A DNA stretch of 64,000 bases, taken from IMG/VR virus record IMGVR_UViG_3300050821_011467, positions 10,261 to 74,260 of that record, one strand, 5' to 3'. The stretch comes from a virus. The notes below the pieces were generated by a model that had not been told where the DNA came from, made no database searches, and saw nothing but the letters and a program-made list of their open reading frames with translations. The position numbers were made by a program, and so were the translations under genes. This document shows positions 46,677 through 56,666 of this stretch, piece by piece (the stretch's first letter is position 1; every line of letters begins with the position of its first letter).

Positions 46677-47120
46677 ATGACCGTAGCGCTGTCCGCTTTC
46701 ACCGATCTGACCATCGTTTCGATCGAATATGCAGCCAACGGCCTCGATTGGGCGCGGCTCTACGACAACCACGCCATCGGCTGGCTGGTCGACGAAACCA
46801 CCCCGATCGTGGCACCCGGAGAATTGAAGCCGGTGACAACCGGAACGCACGAGCCGTTTCCGATCATCCTCGGCTCGCTGCCAGTCCCGGCGCCGGTCAC
46901 TGCGCCAATCCAATCGCCGCAATGGTGCAAATTTATCAATCCCGCGCTGCTTATCGCCGATGGGGCGCGGTTTAGAAACCTCTGGGACTTCTTGACCTGG
47001 CTGGCGACCAACAACGGCGCGCACCGTCTTCTGGAGTCGCAGTTTATCGTTGAGCCCGTCCTGATCGACGAATTTGCCAGCTGGGCGAGCACGCACACCG
47101 ACCTGGTCTATCGACCATAA
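46677..47120 (+). CDS. hypothetical protein, paralog 1
   Basis: WARLYDN...SPQW...DFLTWLATNNGAHR shared with the next gene. Confidence 0.7.
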   Translation: MTVALSAFTDLTIVSIEYAANGLDWARLYDNHAIGWLVDETTPIVAPGELKPVTTGTHEPFPIILGSLPVPAPVTAPIQSPQWCKFINPALLIADGARFRNLWDFLTWLATNNGAHRLLESQFIVEPVLIDEFASWASTHTDLVYRP

Positions 47121-47131
47121 AGGGAAAGCAA

Positions 47132-47539
47132 ATGGCCGTTATTCCTACGACCGGGATCATTATTGCGATCGAGTATCCGGGCGACGACGCCAAGCGCTGG
47201 GCGCGGTTGTATGACAACCGGGTGCGCGCCTTGATCGTCGACGAGACGGGAGCAACCCCAATGAAACCGCAGATCATGGGAGGCTTTCCGCTGGCTGCGA
47301 CCGACACCGCGCCGATTCTGTCGCCGCAATGGGCGGGGTTTGACGCGCCCGCGGTCGTCGTCGAGAATTTGTGGCGCGGCACCGTCTCCGACTTTTTTAC
47401 CTGGCTGGCGACCAACAATGGCGCGCACCGCCCATTGCAGGCGCGCTTTGTCATCGAGGCGGAACTGGTCAACAGCTTTGCCATCTGGGCAAACCTGCAC
47501 CCCGAGCTGGTGTTTGACGGCGAGCCGCCGGCGCCCTGA
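47132..47539 (+). CDS. hypothetical protein, paralog 2
   Basis: WARLYDN...SPQW...DFFTWLATNNGAHR. Confidence 0.7.
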   Translation: MAVIPTTGIIIAIEYPGDDAKRWARLYDNRVRALIVDETGATPMKPQIMGGFPLAATDTAPILSPQWAGFDAPAVVVENLWRGTVSDFFTWLATNNGAHRPLQARFVIEAELVNSFAIWANLHPELVFDGEPPAP

Positions 47540-47699
47540 TGCGTTGCCCGCGCTGCGCCAACAGCTCGACCCCCGGCTGGATCGTGATGACGGTTCAGCG
47601 AGCAAGCGGCATCTATCGGATCTACGAGCCATGCTCGGAGTGCATCGGGGGTGTTGCAAGCTGTTGCGATACGGCGGGCTCGGCGCAACCCGAGCCGAG

Positions 47700-47715
47700 T
47701 GTTTCACGTGAAACA
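47700..47715. promoter_or_regulatory. parS: parS site
   Basis: Perfect palindrome TGTTTCACGTGAAACA. Confidence 0.9.
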
Positions 47716-47736
47716 CCGCCGCGGAAGTGAGGCCAA

Positions 47737-48120
47737 ATGCCTACCCTCGACGTAAGCGACGTCGTCGTCTGCGAAGAATTCGCGGACAGATTCGATGTCA
47801 TCAGAAGGCCCGAGGGGATCAGCCAGAGCGGGCGCTCGACGGTCAGTCAGGTCACCGTACCCGGTCTCTACGGCACGATCTACGCGACTGGCGACAATTC
47901 GTTGACCCGGGTTGCCGACTTTGAGCACGGGCGCAAAACGCTGACGATTTGCACCAAGTATCGGCTGCAGCAGGCGGCACCCGGCTATCAGCCGGATCTC
48001 GTGCTCTACCGCGGCAATCAATTCGTCGTTACCAACGTCAAAGATTGGTCGCCCTACGGCGCCGGCTTTATCGAGGCCGAGTGCTCCTCGATTCTGGCGA
48101 TCGAAGCGCCGCCGCAATAA
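47737..48120 (+). CDS. head-closure / head-tail joining protein
   Basis: MPTLDVSDV...FADRF.VIRR; PDLVLYRG..FVV..V.DWS.YGAGF. Confidence 0.75.
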   Translation: MPTLDVSDVVVCEEFADRFDVIRRPEGISQSGRSTVSQVTVPGLYGTIYATGDNSLTRVADFEHGRKTLTICTKYRLQQAAPGYQPDLVLYRGNQFVVTNVKDWSPYGAGFIEAECSSILAIEAPPQ

Positions 48121-48280
48121 ACGCCACCCGCCAATCCGTCACAGCTCACGAGTATGCCGGCCCGGGCGGACCCCCTCCCGGTTCCGGCAGAGGGTAGGGC
48201 CGTACTCGCAGGCCCCTGCGAGTACTGGGTTGGGTGTGAACTGCGCGAGGGGCCTCGTGCTTCACCAGAAAGGAAATTGC

Positions 48281-48967
48281 ATGCCTACTTTTGACGCCAC
48301 GTTTGTCGGCAAGCTCATTCTGCCAGAGGTCAGCACCGGACCAGTGCCGCCTGGGCCAGGTAAGCCGCCGGGCATCTGGGGGCCGACTGATCCGCGGCCG
48401 ACGCCGCCGATCTATATCCCGGTGGTGCCGCCCGGTCTGAGGCCCGAGCATCCGATTTACATTCCGGTCTACCCGGCGCACCCGATCGTACTGCCGCCGG
48501 ACAATGTCGGCGAGCCGCCGGTGGTTTGGCCGCCCTTGCCGCCGCCGGGCATCTGGGGGCCGACTGATCCGCGGCCGACGCCGCCGATCTATATCCCGCC
48601 GAGCACGCCAGGCACGCCACCTCCGGGCATTTGGGGCGGAGCCAATGAGCCGTTCCCGACACCCCCGATCTATATTCCAATAGTGCCGCCAGACGGGCCG
48701 CCGCCGGAAGCAGGGGCGCCGCCGCAGGTGACGCACCCGATATATCTGCCGGTCTATCCGACGCATCCGATCGTTCTACCGGGGCATCCGGAGCACCCGA
48801 TCGTGATTCCGCCCGAGCTCCCGCCGGCCTTTATCAGCCCGCCGACCAGCTCCCGTGGCTATTGGGGGTACAGCCCCTATTACGGATCGCCGGTGTTTGT
48901 TCCGTACGCAGGCACGGCGCCGTCAGCACCCGGAGTGACGCCCTCAGCGGCACCATCACGTCGCTAG
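48281..48967 (+). CDS. proline-rich repeat protein
   Basis: PPGIWG...PTPPIYIP x3 and HPIxxP repeats; AGAAAGGA RBS. Confidence 0.7.
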   Translation: MPTFDATFVGKLILPEVSTGPVPPGPGKPPGIWGPTDPRPTPPIYIPVVPPGLRPEHPIYIPVYPAHPIVLPPDNVGEPPVVWPPLPPPGIWGPTDPRPTPPIYIPPSTPGTPPPGIWGGANEPFPTPPIYIPIVPPDGPPPEAGAPPQVTHPIYLPVYPTHPIVLPGHPEHPIVIPPELPPAFISPPTSSRGYWGYSPYYGSPVFVPYAGTAPSAPGVTPSAAPSRR

Positions 48968-49036
48968 CAGACTGCGGCAATTGCGGAAGGGCCTCGGGCT
49001 CGCCCGGGGTCCGATCCGCTGGGTCAGGAGACGCCG

Positions 49037-49699
49037 ATGATTCCCAATCAGGCGCCTGATTCAAGCGTAGCGGGCTATCTCCAACCAGGCCGCACCGACG
49101 ATTTCGCGCTCGACCAGCCGCCGGGGCTGGATCAGGGCGTCTTCGAGCTGCCCAATCTGGAGGGGCCGCTCCTCGACGATTATCTGCAGCAATTTGTAGC
49201 GGGTATCTCTGGGCTCGACGGGACCCTGGTTCGGCCCCGCTGGCAGCCGGAACCGCCGAATATCCCCGACTTTGGGACGACATGGGCGTCGTTGGGAATT
49301 ATGCGTCGACGCTCGCTCGGCTTTGTCGGCGCCACACTGCACGACCCGGCCGGCAATGGTCACAGCATCATGCTGCGGCATGAGCAACTCGAAATCCTGA
49401 TTTCGTTCTACGGCCCGCAGTGCGACGAGGCTGCGGGCAATCTGCACGACGGGCTGATGCTCGAGCAAAACCGCATCGTCTTGCGGTCGATGAACATGGG
49501 GCTGGTCGAGATCACCGACGGCATCAGCAACCCCGAGCTGATCAAGGAGCGCTGGCTGGACCGCGTCGACAAGACGCTGTTTATCAACCGCTGCATCGCT
49601 CGCGAATATCCGGTGCTCAATCAGTTGACGGCGAGCGGCACCGTCATCCCCGACCCGGGCGGCGGCTACCAGGCGCCGTTCACCGTCAACCCGCCTTAA
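49037..49699 (+). CDS. neck/tail terminator protein
   Basis: GISGL.G.LVRPRWQPEPP; RHE.LEIL.SFYGP; PELIK.RW..RVD. Confidence 0.8.
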   Translation: MIPNQAPDSSVAGYLQPGRTDDFALDQPPGLDQGVFELPNLEGPLLDDYLQQFVAGISGLDGTLVRPRWQPEPPNIPDFGTTWASLGIMRRRSLGFVGATLHDPAGNGHSIMLRHEQLEILISFYGPQCDEAAGNLHDGLMLEQNRIVLRSMNMGLVEITDGISNPELIKERWLDRVDKTLFINRCIAREYPVLNQLTASGTVIPDPGGGYQAPFTVNPP

Positions 49700-49886
49700 T
49701 CCACACCGCCAACGCCTGCAGATCGTCGGCGCTGAAGTCGCCGTCAAGACAGATCGTCGTGGTGCCGGGAACCCACAGAAGATAGGGCACTCCTAAGGAA
49801 ACCCCGCCGTCAACGGCGATCTCGATCCCGCGTGCAATCAGATGGGCGCGGGCCGCCGCTCGCGCGCTTTCATCAATATCAGTCAT
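49686..49886 (-). CDS. antisense-oriented small hypothetical protein
   Basis: MTDIDES...ICLDGDFSADDLQALAVWI; fills the gap before the sheath gene. Confidence 0.5.
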   Translation of the reverse strand: MTDIDESARAAARAHLIARGIEIAVDGGVSLGVPYLLWVPGTTTICLDGDFSADDLQALAVWIKAG

Positions 49887-49899
49887 GGAGACTTTATAC

Positions 49900-51417
49900 A
49901 TGCTGAGCACCGGCTTGTCGGTCAGCCGACTCGTGTCCGTTTCCGTCTCGTTGACAACACCGGCGATCACCGCGCCGGCGATCAACGCGCTGCTGATCTT
50001 GGGCAGCAGCAATGTGATCGGCTCGGCCGAGCGCATGCGAGCCTATGGCTCCATCTCGGATGTCGGGGCCGACTTTCTGACGAGCTCGCCCGAGTTCCAA
50101 TCGGCGGATATGTGGTTTAGTCAGGCGCCGTCGCCCGAGGTCGTCTACATCGGGCGCTGGTTTAAGACACCCGCGGCAGGCCAACTGGTCGGCCGTCCGC
50201 TGACCGGCACCGAGCAGACGATCGCCACCTGGAACGCGATCGTCGCCGGCGGATTCTCGGTGACGATCGACGCGTTGCCGATCATCCATGTCACCGGGCT
50301 GACCTTTGCCGCGGCGGGCAATCTGAACGCGGTGGCCGCGGCGATCCAGGCTAATGCCAGCATCACCGGTAAAGCGACGGTGGTTTGGGACAGCGCAAAC
50401 GCGCGCTTTGTAATGACCAGCGTCACCACCGGCATCGCCTCGGCGGTGTCGTTTCTAACCGCACCGACCGCCGGCACCGACATTTCCGCGATGCTCGGCA
50501 TGACGGCGGCCGACGCTGCGAGCGGCGCTTTCTCGGGCCCCGGGGTGGCGACCGAGAGCGCGCTGACGGCGCTGACCGTCATCGATGGGTTGTTCTCGAC
50601 GCAGTTCTACGGCGTGGTGTGCCCGGAGGGGGTGGCGGCTGATCACCTGGCTCTCGCCAATTATTGCGAGGCCGCCGATCCGCCGCACTACTACGGGGTG
50701 ACGACCGGCGATCCGCTGACGCTGACGGCCGAGCCACCGAGCACGCCGGGCACGCCGGGCAGCCTCGCCAACCAGCTCGCCGCACTCGGCTACAACCACA
50801 CCGCGGTGCAGTTCTCGACCAGCAACCCCTATGCGATCTCGAGCTATCTGGCGCGCATCCTGACCACCGCTTGGACGGGGTCCAATACGACGATCGACCT
50901 GATGTACAAGCGCGAGCCGGGGGTCGCACCCGAGCAGCTCAACGCCACCCAGGCCAATAGACTGGCCGACAAGAGCTGCAACGTCTATGCCGCCTATGCC
51001 AATGGTGCGACGATGATCCAGCACGGTGTGTCGTGCTCCGGGGTCTACACCGACACGATCGTCGGCGCCGACGCTATGGCCGGCGATGTCCAGGCCGCGA
51101 TCTTTAATACAATGTACACCTCGGCGACCAAGGTGCCCCAGACGGATGCCGGCATGAGCCTCTTGTTCACTGCCGCGACGTCAATCTGCAACCAATACGC
51201 CCGCAACGGCTACATCGGCGACGGGATATGGACCTCGCAGGGATTTGGCACGCTGAACGCGGGCGATCATCTGCCCGGCTTCTATGTCTTTGCGCCGTCG
51301 ATCCTGACGCAATCGACCGCTGACCGGGCGGCCCGTAAAGCGCCCCTGATTCAGATCGCGGCGAAAACTGCGGGAGCGATCGAGTCGGCTGACATCTCCA
51401 TCTTCGTCAACCAGTAA
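49900..51417 (+). CDS. tail sheath protein (DUF3383)
   Basis: GLSVSRLV.V.V.L; FSQAPSP..VYIGRW; MYK.EPGV..E.L; KVPQTDAG; DRAARKAP; AGAI. Confidence 0.92.
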   Translation: MLSTGLSVSRLVSVSVSLTTPAITAPAINALLILGSSNVIGSAERMRAYGSISDVGADFLTSSPEFQSADMWFSQAPSPEVVYIGRWFKTPAAGQLVGRPLTGTEQTIATWNAIVAGGFSVTIDALPIIHVTGLTFAAAGNLNAVAAAIQANASITGKATVVWDSANARFVMTSVTTGIASAVSFLTAPTAGTDISAMLGMTAADAASGAFSGPGVATESALTALTVIDGLFSTQFYGVVCPEGVAADHLALANYCEAADPPHYYGVTTGDPLTLTAEPPSTPGTPGSLANQLAALGYNHTAVQFSTSNPYAISSYLARILTTAWTGSNTTIDLMYKREPGVAPEQLNATQANRLADKSCNVYAAYANGATMIQHGVSCSGVYTDTIVGADAMAGDVQAAIFNTMYTSATKVPQTDAGMSLLFTAATSICNQYARNGYIGDGIWTSQGFGTLNAGDHLPGFYVFAPSILTQSTADRAARKAPLIQIAAKTAGAIESADISIFVNQ

Positions 51418-51432
51418 TCAGGAGACCGGGCA

Positions 51433-51942
51433 ATGGCGACGCCGCTATACGGCAACTATTCATTCGTCGATGTCGTGGCCACAATTTTCGGCCCCGGCGG
51501 CGCCTTTACGATCGCCGGACCCGACACCGCGACGGCCGAGGAAGGGATCACGATCACCTGGGGTGAAGAAATGAACACGCAGACCATTGGAGCCGATGGG
51601 GCGGTGATGAACTCACTGCACGCCTCGATGGCCGGCACGATGAATATTCGGCTGCAAAAGATCTCGCCGGTAAATCAGAAGCTGACCCAAATGATCCGCT
51701 TTCAGCGCTCGTCATCGGCGGTATGGGGGCAGAACACGATCACGGTCCGCGATCTGGCGCGTGGCGATATCTACAATCTGGTCGGCTGCGCCTGGAAGCG
51801 GTTCCCAGTAAACGCCTACGCCAAGATCGGCAACGTCTTGGATTACGAACTCGATATTGCCCAGATCGACCCAAATTTGGGCGCGCCACTACAGCAATTC
51901 GGGCTGACGGCCGGCGGTCTGGTTACCGGATTTGGAGGATAG
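51433..51942 (+). CDS. tail tube protein (DUF3277)
   Basis: YSFVDV.ATI.GPGG; AEEGIT; IGADG.VM.SLHA; SPVN..L. Confidence 0.88.
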   Translation: MATPLYGNYSFVDVVATIFGPGGAFTIAGPDTATAEEGITITWGEEMNTQTIGADGAVMNSLHASMAGTMNIRLQKISPVNQKLTQMIRFQRSSSAVWGQNTITVRDLARGDIYNLVGCAWKRFPVNAYAKIGNVLDYELDIAQIDPNLGAPLQQFGLTAGGLVTGFGG

Positions 51943-51946
51943 CCAC

Positions 51947-52621
51947 ATGCTCACCGAGGCTCGATACCAGACCGAGGCGCAGGCGGCCGAGACGCGGCGC
52001 GCATCAGCCAAAAGCGACGACGAGGCGCGGGTGTTTGGCGAGATCGCCGGCGCCTACGCGACGGCGGGGCGGCACGTCCGGTTTCATGGCGAATGGTCGC
52101 GGCGGGCGGCCAGCGAGCGCCAGGCGGCACGGCTCGGGCCGCTGCGCGTCGGCGGCGGCTACGGTCCGATCAACCCGGCGCAGCAAGCGGCAGGCTTGGC
52201 GCAGGCCGAGCAGAGCGCGCAGATTGCGGCCAACCACAAGGGGATGGCTGAGGCCTATCAAGAGGCGGCCGAGGGGCTGCTGCCGACATTGCCGGCGCCG
52301 CCGGGCCCTGATCAGGGGCTGCCGCCAGGCGAGCCCGGCACGCCCGACCAGAGCCTGCCGCTGGTGTGCAACGACACACCCTATGTCGATGGTGCCGGAA
52401 CCGTGGGTTCGACGCTGACCTGCACGATGGGCAACTGGACCGGGTCGCCCTCGAGCTACGCCTATCAATGGAAGAGCGACGGGACGGCAGACATCGGGAC
52501 CGGAGCTTCGTACGTCGTCGTCGACGCCGATGTCGGGCATAGTCTGACCTGCGTGGTGACCGCGAGCAATTATCTCGGGTCCGCTACTGCGCCGCCGTCG
52601 AACGCTGTCTTTGTGACTTAG
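51947..52621 (+). CDS. protein with C-terminal Ig-like domain
   Basis: GTVGSTLTCT.GNW...YAYQW...YVV..ADVG..LTCVVTASN. Confidence 0.7.
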   Translation: MLTEARYQTEAQAAETRRASAKSDDEARVFGEIAGAYATAGRHVRFHGEWSRRAASERQAARLGPLRVGGGYGPINPAQQAAGLAQAEQSAQIAANHKGMAEAYQEAAEGLLPTLPAPPGPDQGLPPGEPGTPDQSLPLVCNDTPYVDGAGTVGSTLTCTMGNWTGSPSSYAYQWKSDGTADIGTGASYVVVDADVGHSLTCVVTASNYLGSATAPPSNAVFVT

Positions 52622-52878
52622 CGCGGCACCTGAATGATGATCGGGGCCGGCGGGGTCGAGCCGATCCTGTAGCCGGCCAGCCCAGCGACGAGCCCGACGA
52701 GCACGGCGAGCGCGGTCATGCCGGCGATCAGCGTCTTGGAAAATTCAAGCCGATAAAGTCCGGGGGCCAGCTCGATCTCCTGGCGCTTGCGGTCGGCGTC
52801 GGCGCGCAGTTGATCGCTGCGGGCCAGCTCGGCGCGCACCCACACCTGAAAGTCATCGGGTATAATTGGGTCAGCCAT
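52618..52878 (-). CDS. antisense-oriented coiled-coil plus TM protein
   Basis: GAGGG RBS; TM LIAGMTALAVLVGLVAGLAGY. Confidence 0.55.
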   Translation of the reverse strand: MADPIIPDDFQVWVRAELARSDQLRADADRKRQEIELAPGLYRLEFSKTLIAGMTALAVLVGLVAGLAGYRIGSTPPAPIIIQVPR

Positions 52879-52961
52879 TGTCGATCGTTTCCCTCGACGG
52901 TGGTTAGAGGCCCGCACCGTCTGCACGGCGGCTGCGGGCCTCGTCTTTTGCGGAACATAGC

Positions 52962-53432
52962 ATGAGCGAAATTCAAATAAACGGCGACATATTCCTGTGC
53001 GGGCGAATGAATGCCCGTAAGCAATTTCACGTCGCCCGGCGACTGACGCCGATCATCAACCATCTGGTGCCGTTGATGAACGGCACCCCGATGCTGGTCA
53101 ATGACGGGACCGGCACAATGGTCCCGTCACTCGGCAATCTGGGTATCGTGCAGGCAATAGCGGCGATTTCCGACACGATCCGCGAACTTCCCGACGCCGA
53201 CGCCGACTATGTGATCGACACCTGTCTGGACGCGGTCAAATTCCGCTCGGGCAACAGCTGGGCGCCATTGCGCGCACCAGGAAGCCCCCCGGGCGGCGGG
53301 CTGATGTTGGGCAGCGCCGACCGGTTTGACACTCAGATGCGTCTGGTGGGGGAGGTGTTGTGGGAGAACCTCTCGGATTTTTCTTTAGAGACCGTACTGC
53401 CATCCCAGACGGAGAATGGTCAAACGGCGTAG
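52962..53432 (+). CDS. tail assembly chaperone
   Basis: MNARKQFHVARRLTP; D.DADYVI..CL..V; position before the tape measure gene. Confidence 0.8.
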   Translation: MSEIQINGDIFLCGRMNARKQFHVARRLTPIINHLVPLMNGTPMLVNDGTGTMVPSLGNLGIVQAIAAISDTIRELPDADADYVIDTCLDAVKFRSGNSWAPLRAPGSPPGGGLMLGSADRFDTQMRLVGEVLWENLSDFSLETVLPSQTENGQTA

Positions 53433-53626
53433 AGCTGGTGCATCTGAACAGCGGCGAAGAATGGCTGTTGCGCCCGGTACTGTCTCAACTCTGCCGCTAT
53501 GAAAGCCTGGTCGACGGCACCCTTAATCTCGCCGACATCGATGTGATGAACGAATTCCTCGACGTGCGCGACGAGAACGAGCGGCGGCTCGCCGAAGCGT
53601 ATAGACGGAGCCACCCGCATGGCTGA
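53375..53626 (+). CDS. second tail chaperone segment (probably reached by -1 frameshift)
   Basis: EEWLLRPV...CRYESL.DGTL.L.DI..MNE.LD; -1 frame relative to the chaperone; G_GAT_TTT at 53375-53381. Confidence 0.65.
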   Translation, partial: GFFFRDRTAIPDGEWSNGVELVHLNSGEEWLLRPVLSQLCRYESLVDGTLNLADIDVMNEFLDVRDENERRLAEAYRRSHPHG

Positions 53627-56600
53627 CGCAGCGGTCCTAAAGGAGTTCCTTGTCGGGGTCGGCTACAAGGTCGATGAATCCAGCCAGGATCGCTTTACCA
53701 AGGGCCTGGCGGGTGCCGGTGCCGCGGTAGCTAAGGTTCAGCAGGGGGTCCAACAGTTCGGCAAGTCAATCGCCGATCTGGGGAAAAGGCTGGTCGAGCA
53801 CGGTGAGCGACCGGTGCGCCAATACGAGGAGGCCACCCGCAAGATCGGCATCAGCACCGAGAAAGTGCTAAAAAGCGTGGTCGAACTGGGGGCCGCAGCG
53901 GTCGCCACCGGCACCGCTTTTGTCGGCGCTATGCGCTCGGTCGCGGTGCAGTACGAGCAGCTCTATTACGTCGCCCAGCGCATTGGGACCTCGGTCGAGG
54001 ACCTCAACAAAATGCGCTTTGCCGCCGATCGGGCGGGCTTGGGCGCTGATGAATTTACGGCCTCGCTTGAGGCCCTCAATCACACCATGCGCGCCTCGCC
54101 GGGGCTCAAGGTGCTGGTCGACAGCTGGATCGGAGCCGATTGGGACACGCTCAAAAACAAATCCGAGGGGCAGATCAAGGTCCTCGAGCATTTGCGCCAG
54201 CTCCCGCGCTATATTGCCTACGAGTGGGCCAGCAAATTCGGCATTTCGGCCAAGCTGCTCGATCAGTACTTCGCTGATCCTGAAGCGTATCGCAAAGCCA
54301 GGGAAGAAGCCGATCGGATTTTTAAAATAATCGGTGTCAATCAAAAGGAGCTAGCCGAAAAATCCGTCACCTTTATGCAGACCTTGGGGACCTTGGCTAA
54401 AGAGGTCGGCGGGATATTCCAGCAAGCCTTTATCGAGTCCTTTCCGCAACTGATGGGGTATTTCAAGACATTCCAGGGGATGCTCGAAGGGCTGCTGCGA
54501 TGGAACGAGGCGCACCCCGGCATGGCGATGGTCGAGGCCATCGCTGCGGCCGGGGTTGGCATCGTCGGGCTGCTCGGGTTGCTCGGCAAGCTGCGTTGGG
54601 CGCTGTTTACGCTGACCCCGGTCACCGCCGCGCTGGCGGGTGCCGCCTATCTGATCATCAAGAACTGGGACCGGGTCGGTCCCTTTCTCAAAAAGCACTT
54701 TGACGACATTTACGCAGCATTCCAGCGGAGCCCCCGAGAAGGGTTCCGGGCGCTGTGGGAAGCGGCCAAGGAGACCTTCTCGGCGATCGCCACTTACGTC
54801 AAAGACGAGTTCCGGAAGATCGACTGGCAGGAGGTCGGCAAGGTTGCTGGCGATGCTTTTACCGCGGCCTGGAAGGCAGCGCTGGGGGTCGGGAAATGGC
54901 TGGAAGACCTAATCGACGAGCAACTCAAAAAGATCGATTTCCCAGCATTGGGGTCAAAACTCGGTACCGCGCTCGGAAAGGCTTTAGAGGAAGCCTTTAC
55001 GGGACAGATCGACAGTGCCGATCCTACGTCAGTGCTGCTGAAAAAGTTGGGTGAAGCGAATGCAAGGGTTGTGAAGATAGGTCAGGAGTTTATGGCTGCG
55101 TTTTTCCGCGGCATGTGGGAGCAACTCAAGAACGATCCAACCCTGGTGGCGATCGAAGAGGCTTTTGACAAAGTATTTGGCTGGCCTGGGCGAATACACG
55201 ATCGTCTGTTTGGCAAAACCCCAGCAGCAGCGGCACCCGCACCCGCACCCGCAGCACCGGCTCCAGCACGCGCCCCGGCGGTTGAGGCAGAACCGCCTCG
55301 CCCCGAACGCAAACCCGAACCGCCAGCGGCTCTCGAAGATCGGTTTGGTGGCCCATCATGGCAGATTGGGCCGCCGCCTCCCGGCATGACCGATGTGCAA
55401 ATGCCAGGTGGTCACACGGTCCAACTGCCCCAGCTCAACGTCCCGCACATGCAGCATGGCGGCATCGTGCGCGCCGACCTGCACGAGGGCGAGATGGTCT
55501 TGCCGCTGTGGATCTCGCGCGGTCTGCAGGCACTGATCAGCGGCGGGCAGAAGGTGGCGAGCAATGTCGGGGGCGCGCTCAGCTTTGCCAGCGAGCGGGT
55601 CGGCGAAACGCTCGATGAGTGGCTAACCGGGACCAGCGGAAGAATGCCGCAAGTCAAGGTTGGGAATGTTGACGACATCATCGACGGGATGCGCGATCTC
55701 GAGGACGAGCGCGCGGCCGAGGGGAAGCCGACCAGTGCCACTGTTCAAGGTCCGCCCGAGGCGCGCCGCCGCCGCGGAGCTGGGGGTGGTGGTGATAGCG
55801 GTGAAATGCCCGGCGATCTTAACCTCGCCGGCAGCGAGTTCCTCGCCTCGCAGCGCAAACAAGCCAGTGAGGAGCTCGAGAAAAGCCCGGAATTGATGGC
55901 TCGTTTGGCGGCAATCGTCAGCCTCGAAGCGTCAAGTGCCAGGGGGCGAATAGCAATCGCTGAAAGCCTGTTCAACCGCATCGCAGAATTCGGCGGCACG
56001 GTAGAGGGCCGTACTGGCGGCGGCAAAGGCAGCTTCTATGGCCCGGTGCGCAGGGGCGAAGTGGCGCCCCGTGTTCAAGAGTTGCTGAAAGATCCGCAAC
56101 GGTTGGAAGCGCTCAAAAAACTGATCAGGCAAGCATACAGCAGCAATATCACCAAGGGCTATACTGACCAGGGCAGCATTGGCGCGACCGGCATCCCTGA
56201 TCCGAATTACTATACAGGCGGCTCTGGCATAACCATTGACGGCGAGCGCCATAACTACTACCTGGGCGACACACCAGAACATCGCGCATGGCGCGAACGG
56301 CAACAGGCGCAGGTCGACAAGAGCGCTTCGGTGCCGCCCACAGCCGTGCCCGGCGCGGCACTGGTTCCCGGCGGGATGCGACCGCGTAGCGCGCTCACCC
56401 TGCCAATGCCAAACATTCCGCGCGACATGCCATGGGACCGGATCGGCGCCGCCTCGGCGCGGCTCGACCGCATCCAGCCGCTGACGATGAACGGTGGTGG
56501 CACCACCACCAACGAGGGCAATCGCGACGTTACGATGAACATCACCAACCATATCACGGTCGCCGGCGGCTCCAATGGAGCGGCTGAGACTGGACGTCAG

Positions 56601-56666
56601 TACTCCGATCTTTATCGGCGTCTCTATGGCGACATGATCCGCGATATGAAGCCGGCGTTGACATGA
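53619..56666 (+). CDS. tape measure protein with C-terminal cell-wall-hydrolase-like domain
   Basis: LKEFLV.VGYKVD N-terminus; LYY.AQRIG; amphipathic repeats; LAAIVSLEA...IAIAESLFNR (SleB-like). Confidence 0.88.
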   Translation: MADAAVLKEFLVGVGYKVDESSQDRFTKGLAGAGAAVAKVQQGVQQFGKSIADLGKRLVEHGERPVRQYEEATRKIGISTEKVLKSVVELGAAAVATGTAFVGAMRSVAVQYEQLYYVAQRIGTSVEDLNKMRFAADRAGLGADEFTASLEALNHTMRASPGLKVLVDSWIGADWDTLKNKSEGQIKVLEHLRQLPRYIAYEWASKFGISAKLLDQYFADPEAYRKAREEADRIFKIIGVNQKELAEKSVTFMQTLGTLAKEVGGIFQQAFIESFPQLMGYFKTFQGMLEGLLRWNEAHPGMAMVEAIAAAGVGIVGLLGLLGKLRWALFTLTPVTAALAGAAYLIIKNWDRVGPFLKKHFDDIYAAFQRSPREGFRALWEAAKETFSAIATYVKDEFRKIDWQEVGKVAGDAFTAAWKAALGVGKWLEDLIDEQLKKIDFPALGSKLGTALGKALEEAFTGQIDSADPTSVLLKKLGEANARVVKIGQEFMAAFFRGMWEQLKNDPTLVAIEEAFDKVFGWPGRIHDRLFGKTPAAAAPAPAPAAPAPARAPAVEAEPPRPERKPEPPAALEDRFGGPSWQIGPPPPGMTDVQMPGGHTVQLPQLNVPHMQHGGIVRADLHEGEMVLPLWISRGLQALISGGQKVASNVGGALSFASERVGETLDEWLTGTSGRMPQVKVGNVDDIIDGMRDLEDERAAEGKPTSATVQGPPEARRRRGAGGGGDSGEMPGDLNLAGSEFLASQRKQASEELEKSPELMARLAAIVSLEASSARGRIAIAESLFNRIAEFGGTVEGRTGGGKGSFYGPVRRGEVAPRVQELLKDPQRLEALKKLIRQAYSSNITKGYTDQGSIGATGIPDPNYYTGGSGITIDGERHNYYLGDTPEHRAWRERQQAQVDKSASVPPTAVPGAALVPGGMRPRSALTLPMPNIPRDMPWDRIGAASARLDRIQPLTMNGGGTTTNEGNRDVTMNITNHITVAGGSNGAAETGRQYSDLYRRLYGDMIRDMKPALT

